Below are positions 49,951 through 59,534 of a DNA stretch of 64,000 nucleotides, piece after piece. The stretch is from Alphaproteobacteria bacterium (GTDB lineage: Bacteria > Pseudomonadota > Alphaproteobacteria > GCA-2731375), in contig CBDDBZ010000038.1 of the NCBI GenBank assembly GCA_965225945.1, positions 224,001-288,000 of the forward strand, given 5' to 3'. Numbering within the stretch: position 1 is the first letter of the stretch; every line of letters begins with the position of its first letter. Below the pieces are notes generated by a model, which saw only the letters and a program-made list of their open reading frames with translations, did no database searches and was not told where the DNA came from. Position numbers and translations under genes: made by a program.

Positions 49951-51478
49951 CCCCCACCACCTCGTCCGCCCAAAAACGAGGTGACTTGGACTAGCCAGGC
50001 TCAGGGGGTCAAATTTGGACGCCGATCACCCCTCAACAGGGGTCAACTTTGCACGCCGTTCCACAGCCTGCGAGGACTGCGAGCACACCCAGATCGCCTA
50101 CAACTCGTGCCGCAACCGCCATTGCCCCAAGTGCCAGGGGGCGGCGGCCCGGGACTGGTTGGCCGAGCGCGAGGCCGAACTACTGCCCGTCCCCTACTAC
50201 CATCTCGTCTTCACCCTGCCGGCGGCGATCGCCGACATCGCGTACCAGAACAAGGCCGTCGTCTACGACATCCTGTTCAAGGCGAGCGCCGAGACCATGA
50301 TCACCATCGCCGCCGATCCAAAGCACCTCGGCGCCAAGATCGGCATCACCGCCGTGCTCCACACCTGGGGCTCGGCCATGACGCTTTACGGCGCCGTGCT
50401 CGGACCGATGGCGCACCGGCGCCTCACCACACATCCACATGATCGTGCCCGGCGGCGGGGTCTCTCCGGACGGCACGGAATGGATTGCCTGCCGGCCCGG
50501 CTTCTTCTTGCCCGTCCGCGTGCTCTCGCGCCTCTTCCGCCGGCTCTTCATCGAGAAGCTCGCCGCCGCCCACGAGACCGAACGTCTGAAGTTCTTCGCC
50601 GAGCACGCGGGCCTCGCCGAACCGGCGGCGTTCGGCACCTTCCTCGCGCCCATGCGCAAGAGTGAATGGGTCGTCTATGCCAAGCGCCCCTTCGGCGGGC
50701 CCGAGGCCGTGCTCGCCTACCTCGCCCGATACACCCACCGCGTCGCCATCTCCAACCGCCGCTTGCTCCGCCTCGACAACGGCGCCGTTACCTTCACCTA
50801 CAAGGACTACCGCCGCGACGGCGCCGAGCGCTACGGGACCATGACCCTCGATGTCGCGGAGTTCATCCGCCGCTTCCTCATGCACGTCCTGCCCAAGGGC
50901 TTCCACCGCATCCGACACTACGGCCTCTTTGCAAACGGCAACCGCGCCGCCAACATAAAACGCGCTCGCGAACTGCTCGGCGGACCACCGGCGCCCGACG
51001 CCAGCGAGGAAGAGGCCTCGGAGCCTCCCGAGGACCAACGCCAGGGCGCCCGACCGTGCCCCCGTTGTGGCGGTCCCATGATCGTCGTCGAGGTCTTCGA
51101 GGCCGGCTGTCAACCAAAGGCCCGTTCACCGCCGAAGGCCATCGATAGCTCATGACACCGACCCAAAACATCAGCCACCTTCCCCGCCGAGCCTCGGCGC
51201 TCGACTTCGCTCGCCCGGGACACCGAAAACGGCGGCATCGTTGGCCGCCCCGGCCCCGCTCGTGCCCCCCTCGGCAACGCTTCACCGCGCTCGACGATCT
51301 CCTTATGGCGCCTCACGCCCCATATGCGGGTCGTCCAGACGACACCACCATCGACGCCACGCTCAAATCCCCATAGCGACGCCTGTATCCCGCGATTTCG
51401 TGCCTTGGCGCTTCTCGGACGCCGGCAAACACCGCGCCTCACTCCCTATGCCGGCAAGGCATCCGAGAAACCTGCACA

Positions 51479-51504
51479 TGATTCTCCGTCAAGCATCTTC
51501 TAAT
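51479..51504 (+). repeat. Right half of repeat S9 (continues at 53006-53020)
   Basis: tgattctccgtcaagcatcttCTAAT is 21/26 identical to the S5 module. Confidence 0.75.
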
Positions 51505-53005
51505 GGAGCGTCCGGACCTGGGCGTGTTCCGGACGTCGATTCGGCGAAAGATGGTGTATCGCGGCGGCTGTGCCTGATGATATCAGGATGAGCGCAGCCC
51601 CTTCACGCATGATCGTTGAATCGGGGTCGCCCTGACCTCGAACATCGAGAAAGGAGCGACGACGATGGCACATTTTGTAGGTCTGGATGTTTCGGTGAAG
51701 GAGACGGCGGTATGCGTCGTCGACGAGGTTGGCGAGGTGGTGTTGGAGCGGAAAGTACCGACCGAGCCGGATGACATCGTCACGCTGCTGACCTCGATCG
51801 GCGAGGCCTATGGCCGGGTCGGGATCGAAGCCGGTCCGCTCTCGCAATGGCTGGTCAACGGTCTGGCTGCTACCGGGCTGCCGGTTGTCTGCGTCGAGAC
51901 TCGGCACATGCAAGCGCTGCTCAAGGGGCAGCAGATCAACAAGAGCGACCGCAACGATGCACGCGGCATCGCCCAGATGATGCGGGTCGGGCTGTTCAAG
52001 CCGGTGCATGTGAAGACCCTGGTTGTCCAGGAGCAGCGGATGCTGCTGACCAGCCGCAAGCTGCTCCAGAGAAAACTGCTCGACGTCGAGAACGATCTAC
52101 GCGGGACGCTGCGCAACTTCGGTCTCGAGGTGGGCAAGGTCAGCACCCGCGGGTACGAGGCGCGGATCCGCGAGCTGGTCGAAGATTTTCCGAAGTTGGC
52201 CGCTATCGTGGAACCGCTGCTCACCGTCCGGCGAGTGATGCGCCAGCAATTCGCGGTCCTCCACAAAATGGTGCTCGACACGGTCCGCCATGACCCGGTC
52301 TGCCGACGGCTCATGACGGCACCCGGCGTCGGCGTGGTCGTCGCGCTGACCTACCGGGCTACCATCGATCAGCCGCAGCGCTTCGTTCACTCCAGGGCGG
52401 TCGGCGCGCATGTCGGCCTGACGCCGAAGCGCTTCCAGTCCGGCGAGATCGACTATGATGGTTGCGTGTCCAAGTGCGGCGACAGCATGCTCCGCACGAT
52501 GCTGTACGAGGCCGCGCAGTCCCTCCTCACCCACGGCCGGAAATGGTCCTGGCTGAAGGCGTGGGGCATGCGAGTGGCCCAGCGACGTGGCATGCGCCGT
52601 GCCATCGTCGCCGTCGCGAGGCGCCTGGCCGTAGTTCTGCACCGCATGTGGGTCGACGGCACCGAGTTCCGCTGGAGCAACGGCCCTGCTGACGCCGTCA
52701 AGGCGGATTGAACCTTCGACTGTACTGACAAGGAGATCAACGAGTTCTGCTTAGGCAGAGAGATGTCCTCACGGGGACGACGGGTGGGGTGAGTTCGTAA
52801 TGTCGGTAGACCCTGCCGCTGACCGGCGGCAAGGACGCGCGAAAGATTGAACCGCCTCATCCTCTGATCCCATCATGAGGTGGCCACGCGCCAACCTCGA
52901 AGAGAAGCAAGAGCCCCGTGCGGCAACATCCGCCAGTGCGGAACGACGTGAAGAAGGAATATGGCATGACGTAACCAGAAAGGGCTTGACCGAGGACGCG
53001 ATAGA
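51496..53005 (+). mobile_element. IS110-family (IS1111-group-like) element; left boundary uncertain by ~10 bp
   Basis: Transposase plus ~290-nt downstream non-coding region; weak subterminal IR (gcgtcc/ggacgc); TTGACC near the right end. Confidence 0.8.
51665..52711 (+). CDS. IS110-family DEDD transposase
   Basis: VGLDVS, GIEAG, KSDRNDA, PGVG and GLTPKRFQSGE motifs. Confidence 0.95.
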   Translation: MAHFVGLDVSVKETAVCVVDEVGEVVLERKVPTEPDDIVTLLTSIGEAYGRVGIEAGPLSQWLVNGLAATGLPVVCVETRHMQALLKGQQINKSDRNDARGIAQMMRVGLFKPVHVKTLVVQEQRMLLTSRKLLQRKLLDVENDLRGTLRNFGLEVGKVSTRGYEARIRELVEDFPKLAAIVEPLLTVRRVMRQQFAVLHKMVLDTVRHDPVCRRLMTAPGVGVVVALTYRATIDQPQRFVHSRAVGAHVGLTPKRFQSGEIDYDGCVSKCGDSMLRTMLYEAAQSLLTHGRKWSWLKAWGMRVAQRRGMRRAIVAVARRLAVVLHRMWVDGTEFRWSNGPADAVKAD

Positions 53006-53056
53006 GAAGCCGACATTCGGCCGTCGGCCCCCGCCGCATGCGCGCCATCCCGGCCC

Positions 53057-53065
53057 TGCTACACT
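53057..53065 (+). promoter_or_regulatory. Putative extended -10 (TGCTACACT) for a leaderless SNase transcript
   Basis: 7 nt before the ATG; conserved with single changes upstream of F1 and F3. Confidence 0.45.
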
Positions 53066-53072
53066 CCCCACC

Positions 53073-53265
53073 ATGCTCCGCCTGGCCCTCCTGCTCACGC
53101 TCCTCCCCGCCCTCGCCCTGGCCGACGTCACCGGACCACCCCGTGTCATAGACGGTGACACGATCGAGGTCGCGGGCGAGCGCATCCGCCTTCACGGTAT
53201 CGACGCGCCGGAAAGCCGACAGACCTGCCGCCGCGATGGCACGACATGGCTATGCGGCGCCGAGG
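53073..53265 (+). pseudogene. Thermonuclease 5' fragment F4
   Basis: MLRLALLL..VIDGDTIEVAGERIRLHGIDAPESRQTC..WLCGAE, then unrelated sequence. Confidence 0.85.
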
Positions 53266-53467
53266 GGAACGTCGTCATCATCGGCCCTTCCGCTCTGTCC
53301 TGGCCACCTCCGCCTCGATCGCCGCCACCAGCCCGACCACGGCCCCGATGGGGCTCGCCGGCGATGTCGCCGCTCCGAATCCGCCGCCCAGCCGCGACAT
53401 GGAGCGCCTGAGACAGGTCGTCTCGCTTTAGGGCTGACATTTGGCACATGATGCGTATCATGAGCTA

Positions 53468-53989
53468 ATGAGATTGAAACCGCACACTGCTTCAGAGTCG
53501 AACCCTGTCACCGGTCTCGACCGTTCGTGTCTGAGCGCACCGGAGTTGGCGGAAGAGACACAGGCCACTCTGAGACAGGTCCAAATTTGGACCGATCATC
53601 GTATTCTGCTTGCCATACCAGCGACGGAACATCAGGGCCGCGGTAGTAAGCGACTGTACGAACCTGTCGAACTCGCGGTCGGCAATTTTACGTCTGTTCT
53701 GGCGCGATTAAAGTTTCCGATCGGCATGCTGAAGGGTTACGCAGGCGTGCTGCGCGGCTTCATCATTGAAACACAGCCGGAGGCGCACTACGAGGAACAA
53801 CCACGCGAATGGTATCGACGGGCGCTACGCGGGGATTTTGATAGCTGGCTGATATGCATTCCAGTGCTCATCGGTGGCAAGGTTCGTGTGGAATGGCAGG
53901 ACCGCGAGAATTTCTTCCAAATCATGAAGACCTATCGGACGGGTGTGGTGGTCGATGTTCGCGAGGTCATTTCGCCGTACCTGCGCTGA
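53468..53989 (+). CDS. MerR-like HTH regulator
   Basis: SAPELAEETQATLRQVQIW..GRGSKRLY; start uncertain. Confidence 0.6.
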   Translation: MRLKPHTASESNPVTGLDRSCLSAPELAEETQATLRQVQIWTDHRILLAIPATEHQGRGSKRLYEPVELAVGNFTSVLARLKFPIGMLKGYAGVLRGFIIETQPEAHYEEQPREWYRRALRGDFDSWLICIPVLIGGKVRVEWQDRENFFQIMKTYRTGVVVDVREVISPYLR

Positions 53990-54166
53990 CGTTCAATTGA
54001 GTTGTGGATACATGGTACGATTCAAGGAACTACATTGTGAATTGGCACTTTAGGCCATGAGAGCAAGGACGCCAGTTCCCATAACACCTTATTCGTGCCA
54101 GTTCGGCTCGACACTGTTGATGCAATTTTGGCTGGCGGAGCGCGTGAGGGAGAGGCCGTACTGGTC

Positions 54167-54346
54167 ATGATCGATCCGGTCTACAAGATCGCTCTACCGC
54201 TGCCGGAGGCCGCCGAGGCAGTGGGCTTGACCGAGGGCGAATTCAAGGGCGCGGTGAAGCGCGGAGAGCTGCCGTCTGGCAAGCGGTACGGCGCCGTATG
54301 CTGTGGAGCTTGAAGGCGCTCGGGGAAGCTGTGGAGGGGCCTCTAG
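54167..54346 (+). pseudogene. Excisionase-like HTH (apparent frameshift)
   Basis: LPLPEAAEAVGLT..VKRGELPSG directly upstream of the integrase. Confidence 0.55.
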
Positions 54347-54379
54347 GCGGCGATATCGACCTGGATAAGGAGCTGGGTA

Positions 54380-55537
54380 TTGGCGGCTAAGGCGATCCTC
54401 CCCAAATACACCCGTCCGAAGCGGCTCAAGGCCGGCGGCGTCGCCTACTATTGGGAGCCGCCGACCTGGGCTAAGAAGCGCGAGTGCCGGATCGTCGCCG
54501 AGCCGCTGGGCACCGACTTGGCACAGGCTGTCGCCCGGGCCAACATGCTGAACAAGAGCTTCGACAACTGGCGCACCGGCAAGCCGGGCGGACCAGCACC
54601 AGGCTCGGTGGATAGGCTGGTCGACTGGTATCAACGTCACCCGCGGTACCTTAAGCTCAAGCCAAAGACAAAACGCAGTTACGACCAGTGCCTCACCCTC
54701 TTGGCCAATATCGAGCTCAAGACCGTCAGGCTGGGTGAGGTGCGAGCGCACAAGATCGAGCCGAAGCACGCCGACGAAATCTATAGGCGCATCCAATGGG
54801 TCGGCGAGCGGCACCGGCTGGCGACGGCCAACGCGGTCATGCGTGTTGCGCAGGCGATGTGGAAGCTCGCACTGCGGGCCGGGCACGTGAAGCAGAATCC
54901 GTTTACCGCGATGGGCCTGGAGCAAACCGGCGGGCATACCGTCGCGGCGACCAGGGATCAGGTCTATACCTTCGTCGCCAAGGCCGACGAGATGGGCTAT
55001 CCGGCCATGGGCACCGCGACGGTCCTCGCATTCGAACTCTGCCAGCGTGAGGGCGACGTGATCGGCACCATAGCTTGGAACGATTACCGACCGGGCGATT
55101 CGATTCACGTGCGCCAGGCCAAGACCAACGAGCTGGTGTGGCTACCCTTGCGAGACGAAGACGGGCGGCTCTACCCCGAGGTGGAGGACCGGCTTGAGGC
55201 CACCCCGAAGCGCGGCACGCTGCTGGTGATGCGCGACCAGATCGACATTCGGTCCAAGACCTATCTCCCCTACAGCGAGCACCTGGTTCGCAAGCACTTC
55301 CGCAAGATTAGGGAAGCGGCGGTCCTGCCCGATTCCTTCACCTTCATGAGCCTCCGTCACGGCGGTTTGACCGAGCTTGGCGAGGCCGGGGCGACGGATT
55401 CGGAAATGATGGCGATCAGTGGCCACAAGACGCGCGGCATCCTCACCGTCTACAGCAAACAAACCCCTCAGCAGGCCGCCAATGCAGCGCGGAAACGGCG
55501 GGCGTGGCGAACGAAACAGGGGGTTTTGTCGGAATGA
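54380..55537 (+). CDS. Phage-type tyrosine integrase
   Basis: CQREGD, RQAKT, SLRHGG and SGHKT..Y motifs. Confidence 0.9.
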   Translation: MAAKAILPKYTRPKRLKAGGVAYYWEPPTWAKKRECRIVAEPLGTDLAQAVARANMLNKSFDNWRTGKPGGPAPGSVDRLVDWYQRHPRYLKLKPKTKRSYDQCLTLLANIELKTVRLGEVRAHKIEPKHADEIYRRIQWVGERHRLATANAVMRVAQAMWKLALRAGHVKQNPFTAMGLEQTGGHTVAATRDQVYTFVAKADEMGYPAMGTATVLAFELCQREGDVIGTIAWNDYRPGDSIHVRQAKTNELVWLPLRDEDGRLYPEVEDRLEATPKRGTLLVMRDQIDIRSKTYLPYSEHLVRKHFRKIREAAVLPDSFTFMSLRHGGLTELGEAGATDSEMMAISGHKTRGILTVYSKQTPQQAANAARKRRAWRTKQGVLSE

Positions 55538-55560
55538 GTGTCGGAATGGTTGTCGGAATG
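55527..55560 (+). repeat. 3x TGTCGGAATG at 12-bp spacing, putative integrase arm sites
   Basis: Copies at 55527, 55539 and 55551, between the integrase stop and the att core. Confidence 0.75.
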
Positions 55561-55616
55561 AAAATGGCCAGCATTACCCAGACCGGCGATTTTCGGTTTA
55601 GATCCAACCGATTAAA

Positions 55617-55662
55617 TGGTGGGCGCACACGGACTCGAACCGTGGACCCGCTGATTAAGAGT
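55617..55662 (-). tRNA. 3' half of tRNA-Lys(CTT), att-site remnant (not a functional gene)
   Basis: Reverse complement actCTTaatcagcgggtccacgGTTCGAgtccgtgtgcgcccaCCA; D arm and 5' acceptor strand absent. Confidence 0.85.
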
Positions 55663-55848
55663 TAATGACTAAAGCCTATCACTACCTAACGAATCAGAAG
55701 CTCCTATCTATAATAGATAACGGAATCAATTGACTTTAGTTGCATCTACCCTCACACTACCAACCACATAGGTAACAGCTCATATCAGCTTGTTATGTTA
55801 CCTCCCTGTTACCTTCCTGGAGCGCCTGATTTTCAGAGGAGCCGATGA

Positions 55849-57428
55849 ATGCCGCGTATCAAGCTCACGGCCGCCGCCGTAGAGCGCCTCAAGGCGCCCG
55901 ATGGCGGGCAGATCGATCATTTCGACGCCGCCTATCCCGGCTTGGCCCTGCGGGTGAGTGCGAGGGGTGTCAAGTCCTGGACCTATTTCGGGCGCGTCAA
56001 CGGCAAGTTGAAGCGCGTCACCTTGGGACGCTGGCCTTCGCTGACGCTGCCCAAGGCGCGCGAGATGGCCGGTCAAGAGGCCGATCGTATGAAAGCTAGT
56101 ATTGATCCTACCGCGGCGAAGCGTGCGGCCAGGAGAGAGCCGAAGGACAAGGATACGATCGAGGCCGTGGTGGCCGAGTGGCTCAAAAGGGACCAAGCCA
56201 GAAACCGCTCCAAGGCCGAGGTCGAGCGCCTCATGAACCGCGATGTGTTATCGAAGTGGCGGGGTCGGCGAATTGACACAATTTCCCGCCGAGACGTCGT
56301 CGAGCTAATCGACCGCATCGCCGATCGCGGAGCCGAGACGCTGGCGCGGCGACTACATGCCCATCTGCATCGCATGTTCCGATGGTGCGTGGCACGAGGC
56401 ATCCTCGAAACCAACCCGATGAGAGACCTGCCGAAGCCAGGCAAGGAGGTCAAACGAGACCGGGTGCTGAGCGATGATGAATTAAAGTGGATATGGTGCG
56501 CTGCGGGCGAGAACGGTTGGCCGTTTGGCCCGGCGGTCAAACTCTTGATTCTCACGGGCGCCCGACGCGATGAGATCGGCGGATTACGTTGGAGCGAAAT
56601 CGATGAGGAGCGCAGCCAGGTGCGGCTTGCGGGCTCACGGACAAAGAACAATGAAGCTCACATCATACCCCTGTCGGACCTCGCGCTTCGGACCATCAAT
56701 GAATCGGCGGAACAGCGCGATCGTCGAGGCGGCTGTTATCCTCTCGGCCTGGACCAAGGGGCGTTTTTGAGCGCAGCCGTGGAGATTGATGCGCTGGCGC
56801 CCCGAGCGAAATCGATGAGCCATGGACTGAGCGAATTCCAGTGCACCACCTCGTCGGCGGCCAAGCCGTTGAGCAACTTATCGGCCTCTGATAAAGGCGG
56901 CCTGCTCTCACCTGAGCCGGACATTCGAAGAACGCTCAGTATCGCGGTAAAAGCCGTTGGCTCATAGCTCCCCTGTCGGACCTCGCGCTTCGGACCATCA
57001 ATGAACTTCCGCGAATCTCCGACGATACTGGAAGATCCGTCTTTGTATTCACTACTACCGGATCAACGCCGGTCTCGGGCTGGTCTAAGGCAAAAAGGCT
57101 ACTTGACGTCAAGATAGAAGAGCTGCGCCAGAAAAATTCAAGCAAGATTGGCATCGATCCTAGCAGTGTTAAACCACTTCCCGCATGGCGGTTCCACGAC
57201 TTGCGTCGTACCGTTGCGACTGGGTTGCAGCGACTCGGCTTCCGGCTTGAAGTAATAGAAGCCGTTTTGGGGCATGTATCGGGTTCCCGTGCAGGAATCG
57301 TTGGCGTCTACCAACGCCATGGATTCGACGATGAGAAACAGATGGCGCTCGACGCTTGGACACGGGAGGTCGAGACGCTTTCTGTAGGCCCACCGGCTAA
57401 TGCCGTAGAGTTGGAGTGGGAGACTTAG
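55849..57428 (+). pseudogene. P4-like integrase interrupted by a 266-bp insert
   Basis: GLALRVSARGVKSW arm-binding domain, TGARRDE, TKN; C-terminus resumes after 57005 (WRFHDLRRT, VLGH, VYQRH). Confidence 0.88.
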
Positions 57429-57431
57429 AAA

Positions 57432-58133
57432 ATGTCTTCTAAGCGCGCCAAGCGAGGCACCGGGATGACTGAACGGGAAGTATTGGAGATAGTCCCGCCC
57501 TTTGGTTCCGAAGAAGTCAGACATATGCTCTCCAATATCGAGCGACAACAAAGTTTCGAAGCACTTCACGGCACTTATCTTGAAGTCGCCTATCACTCGA
57601 TACTAGAGTCTAAGGGCATGATCTATGATGGCCAACTGAAGATCAGTGGTCGAGTGGCGACACGAGGTAAAGATTACGAAGACGATGACGAGGTGCATTT
57701 CTCATATCGAATTCTTCGTGAATTAGATGGTGTGAGGTGGGCAGTTAATAACAATCAACCTGAGAGCGCTGCAAAACATGGCGTGATGCTTGGGCGCTTG
57801 ACAAGTACGGCGGAGATAAAGTTTGCGTGGGAGCCGATTGCTCTACACGGACAGAAGTTTAGGAATGGTGCAAAACTACCAAGGCGCGACGCTCTAGCTC
57901 TAAAAATCTACGCAGCGCTGAAGGAGCTTGGCTTGAAGGCGTCTGCAAGAGACATATTTGATTGGTTAGTGAGAAATAAAGACGACAAAGTGCACGATTT
58001 TGACGAAGATAATGATACGATCTATTGGACCGACTTCGGTGGGAAAGAGAAAGCGACCAAGTATAAATCCTTTTTGAATCGCGTGTCGTCTCGGCGAAAA
58101 ATACTGCGCGATTTGGAAAGATCCAGACGGTGA
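57432..58133 (+). CDS. Hypothetical protein
   Basis: 233-aa lower-GC ORF directly after the integrase. Confidence 0.6.
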   Translation: MSSKRAKRGTGMTEREVLEIVPPFGSEEVRHMLSNIERQQSFEALHGTYLEVAYHSILESKGMIYDGQLKISGRVATRGKDYEDDDEVHFSYRILRELDGVRWAVNNNQPESAAKHGVMLGRLTSTAEIKFAWEPIALHGQKFRNGAKLPRRDALALKIYAALKELGLKASARDIFDWLVRNKDDKVHDFDEDNDTIYWTDFGGKEKATKYKSFLNRVSSRRKILRDLERSRR

Positions 58134-58139
58134 TTCGGA

Positions 58140-58503
58140 AAAGGCCCGGACAGGGTCAGGGGACGGTCTGAGTTCGGCTTTCGGGTGCGCCGGCTCGGCG
58201 TCTACCCCTCGGCCTTTGCCGGGAGGGGACATGCCGAGACGGAAGCAGGCGAGACGAACGATGGTGAAGGATGCACGGGCGACTCTGCGGTTGCACCTTC
58301 GGACACCAGGCCGCCAAGCTCGATCACTCCGTCCTATTCGTCCGAATGCCCAGGCTCTTCGAGGACCTCGCCATGGCCCGCCTCGATGGCAGCCTGCCCA
58401 GACTGATCGACCGGCTCGCCAGGGTCCAGCTCCTGATCCTCGACAACTGGGGAACCCACGGCCTGGCCGACCGGCAGCGCCTCGACCTCCTGGAAATCTT
58501 CAC
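58140..58503 (+). pseudogene. Internally deleted IS21-type element (istA 5' fused to istB middle)
   Basis: MPRRKQARR.. joined to [24 protein letters not shown]. Confidence 0.75.
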
Positions 58504-58805
58504 CGAAATCCGCAGAAAAAGACTTTTCCCGGTTATCGATTAGACGGGATTTCTGTTCGATAGAGTGCCTCCCGTGTTCTAACGCGTGGAGGCCACATTG
58601 ATTGTCAATCGGCGTTGAACATTGACCCCCTATCGGCGTGCAATGTTGACCCCTTTGGGGATGCACGGCGGAGGTCGTACAGGTAGTCCATAGGAGGGGC
58701 CCGCGCGCGGGCCGACGCGCCCACCACGCGGCTGGCGGCGGACCGCGCGTGGGAGGTTCCTGTGGGCCCACCTGGGTGACCGGGCGGCAGGTGGATCGGT
58801 TGCCT

Positions 58806-59534
58806 TTAGGACCGATTCTTGAAGCGCCAGGAGTCGTTTCCGGTCTCGATGATCTCGCAGTGGTGCGTCAGACGATCGAGGAGCGCGGTGGTCATCTTGG
58901 CGTCGCCGAAGACGGACGGCCATTCGCCGAAGGTCAGGTTGGTGGTGACGATGATCGAGGTGCGCTCGTAGAGCCGGCTGACGAGGTGGAACAGCAGCTG
59001 GCCTCCGGTTTGGGCGAAGGGCAGGTAGCCGAGCTCGTCGAGGATGACGAGGTCGCGCCGGGCCAGCTGATCGGCGAGCCGGCCCTGGCGGCCGGCGCGG
59101 GCTTCGGCCTCGAGCCGGTTGACCAGGTCGACGACGTTGAAGAAGCGGCCCCGGGCGCCATCGCGGATGCAGGCCCGCGCGATGGCGACGGCGAGATGGC
59201 TCTTGCCGGTGCCGGTGCCGCCGATCAGCACGGCGTTGCGCTGGTTGGCCAGGAAGCCGCCGACCGCCAACTCGCGGACCAGCGGCTCGTTGACCGGGGT
59301 GTCGGTGAAGTCGAAGTCGGCCAGCTCCTTGGCCAGCGGCAGCTTGGCGCCACTCATCTGGTACTTGATGGATCGCGCCTGCTTGTCGGCGATCTCGGCC
59401 TTCAACAGCTCGCCGATGATTCGCTGCATCGGATGCTGGCGCTTGAGGCCGTCGGCGAGCACCTCGTCGAACGCGTCGCGCATGCCGGCGAGCTTGAGTG
59501 CGGCCATCATCTCCAGGACCTCATGGCGCTCCAT
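58806..59534 (-). CDS. istB: IstB
   Basis: Identical protein to copies 1 and 2. Confidence 0.95.
   Translation of the reverse strand: MERHEVLEMMAALKLAGMRDAFDEVLADGLKRQHPMQRIIGELLKAEIADKQARSIKYQMSGAKLPLAKELADFDFTDTPVNEPLVRELAVGGFLANQRNAVLIGGTGTGKSHLAVAIARACIRDGARGRFFNVVDLVNRLEAEARAGRQGRLADQLARRDLVILDELGYLPFAQTGGQLLFHLVSRLYERTSIIVTTNLTFGEWPSVFGDAKMTTALLDRLTHHCEIIETGNDSWRFKNRS

Larger units (their letters stand above)
47521..50065 (-). mobile_element. IS21-family element, copy 2
   Basis: 2545 bp; 8-bp TSD GCCTGCGA (47513-47520, 50066-50073). Confidence 0.96.
47360..51155 (+). pseudogene. IS91-family transposase, frameshifted and IS21-interrupted
   Basis: Same hairpin insert (50390-50423); IS21 lies in the Zn-binding region. 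Confidence 0.88.
46294..51478 (+). mobile_element. Tyrosine integrase + IS91-like element, copy 2, interrupted by IS21
   Basis: Inverted near-identical copy of 21946-24578. Confidence 0.92.

Noticed and set aside
21946-51478. Composite transposon bounded by the inverted Int-IS91 copies
   Set aside because: Each copy has its own matching left and right target halves, which indicates independent insertions.
51484-51494. Alternative IS110 subterminal IR (ctccgtcaagc / gcttgaccgag)
   Set aside because: The left sequence also matches the repeat module at S5, so it is more likely target DNA; the boundary is left uncertain.
55617-55662. Functional tRNA gene
   Set aside because: Only the anticodon loop to CCA is present, so it is treated as an att remnant.
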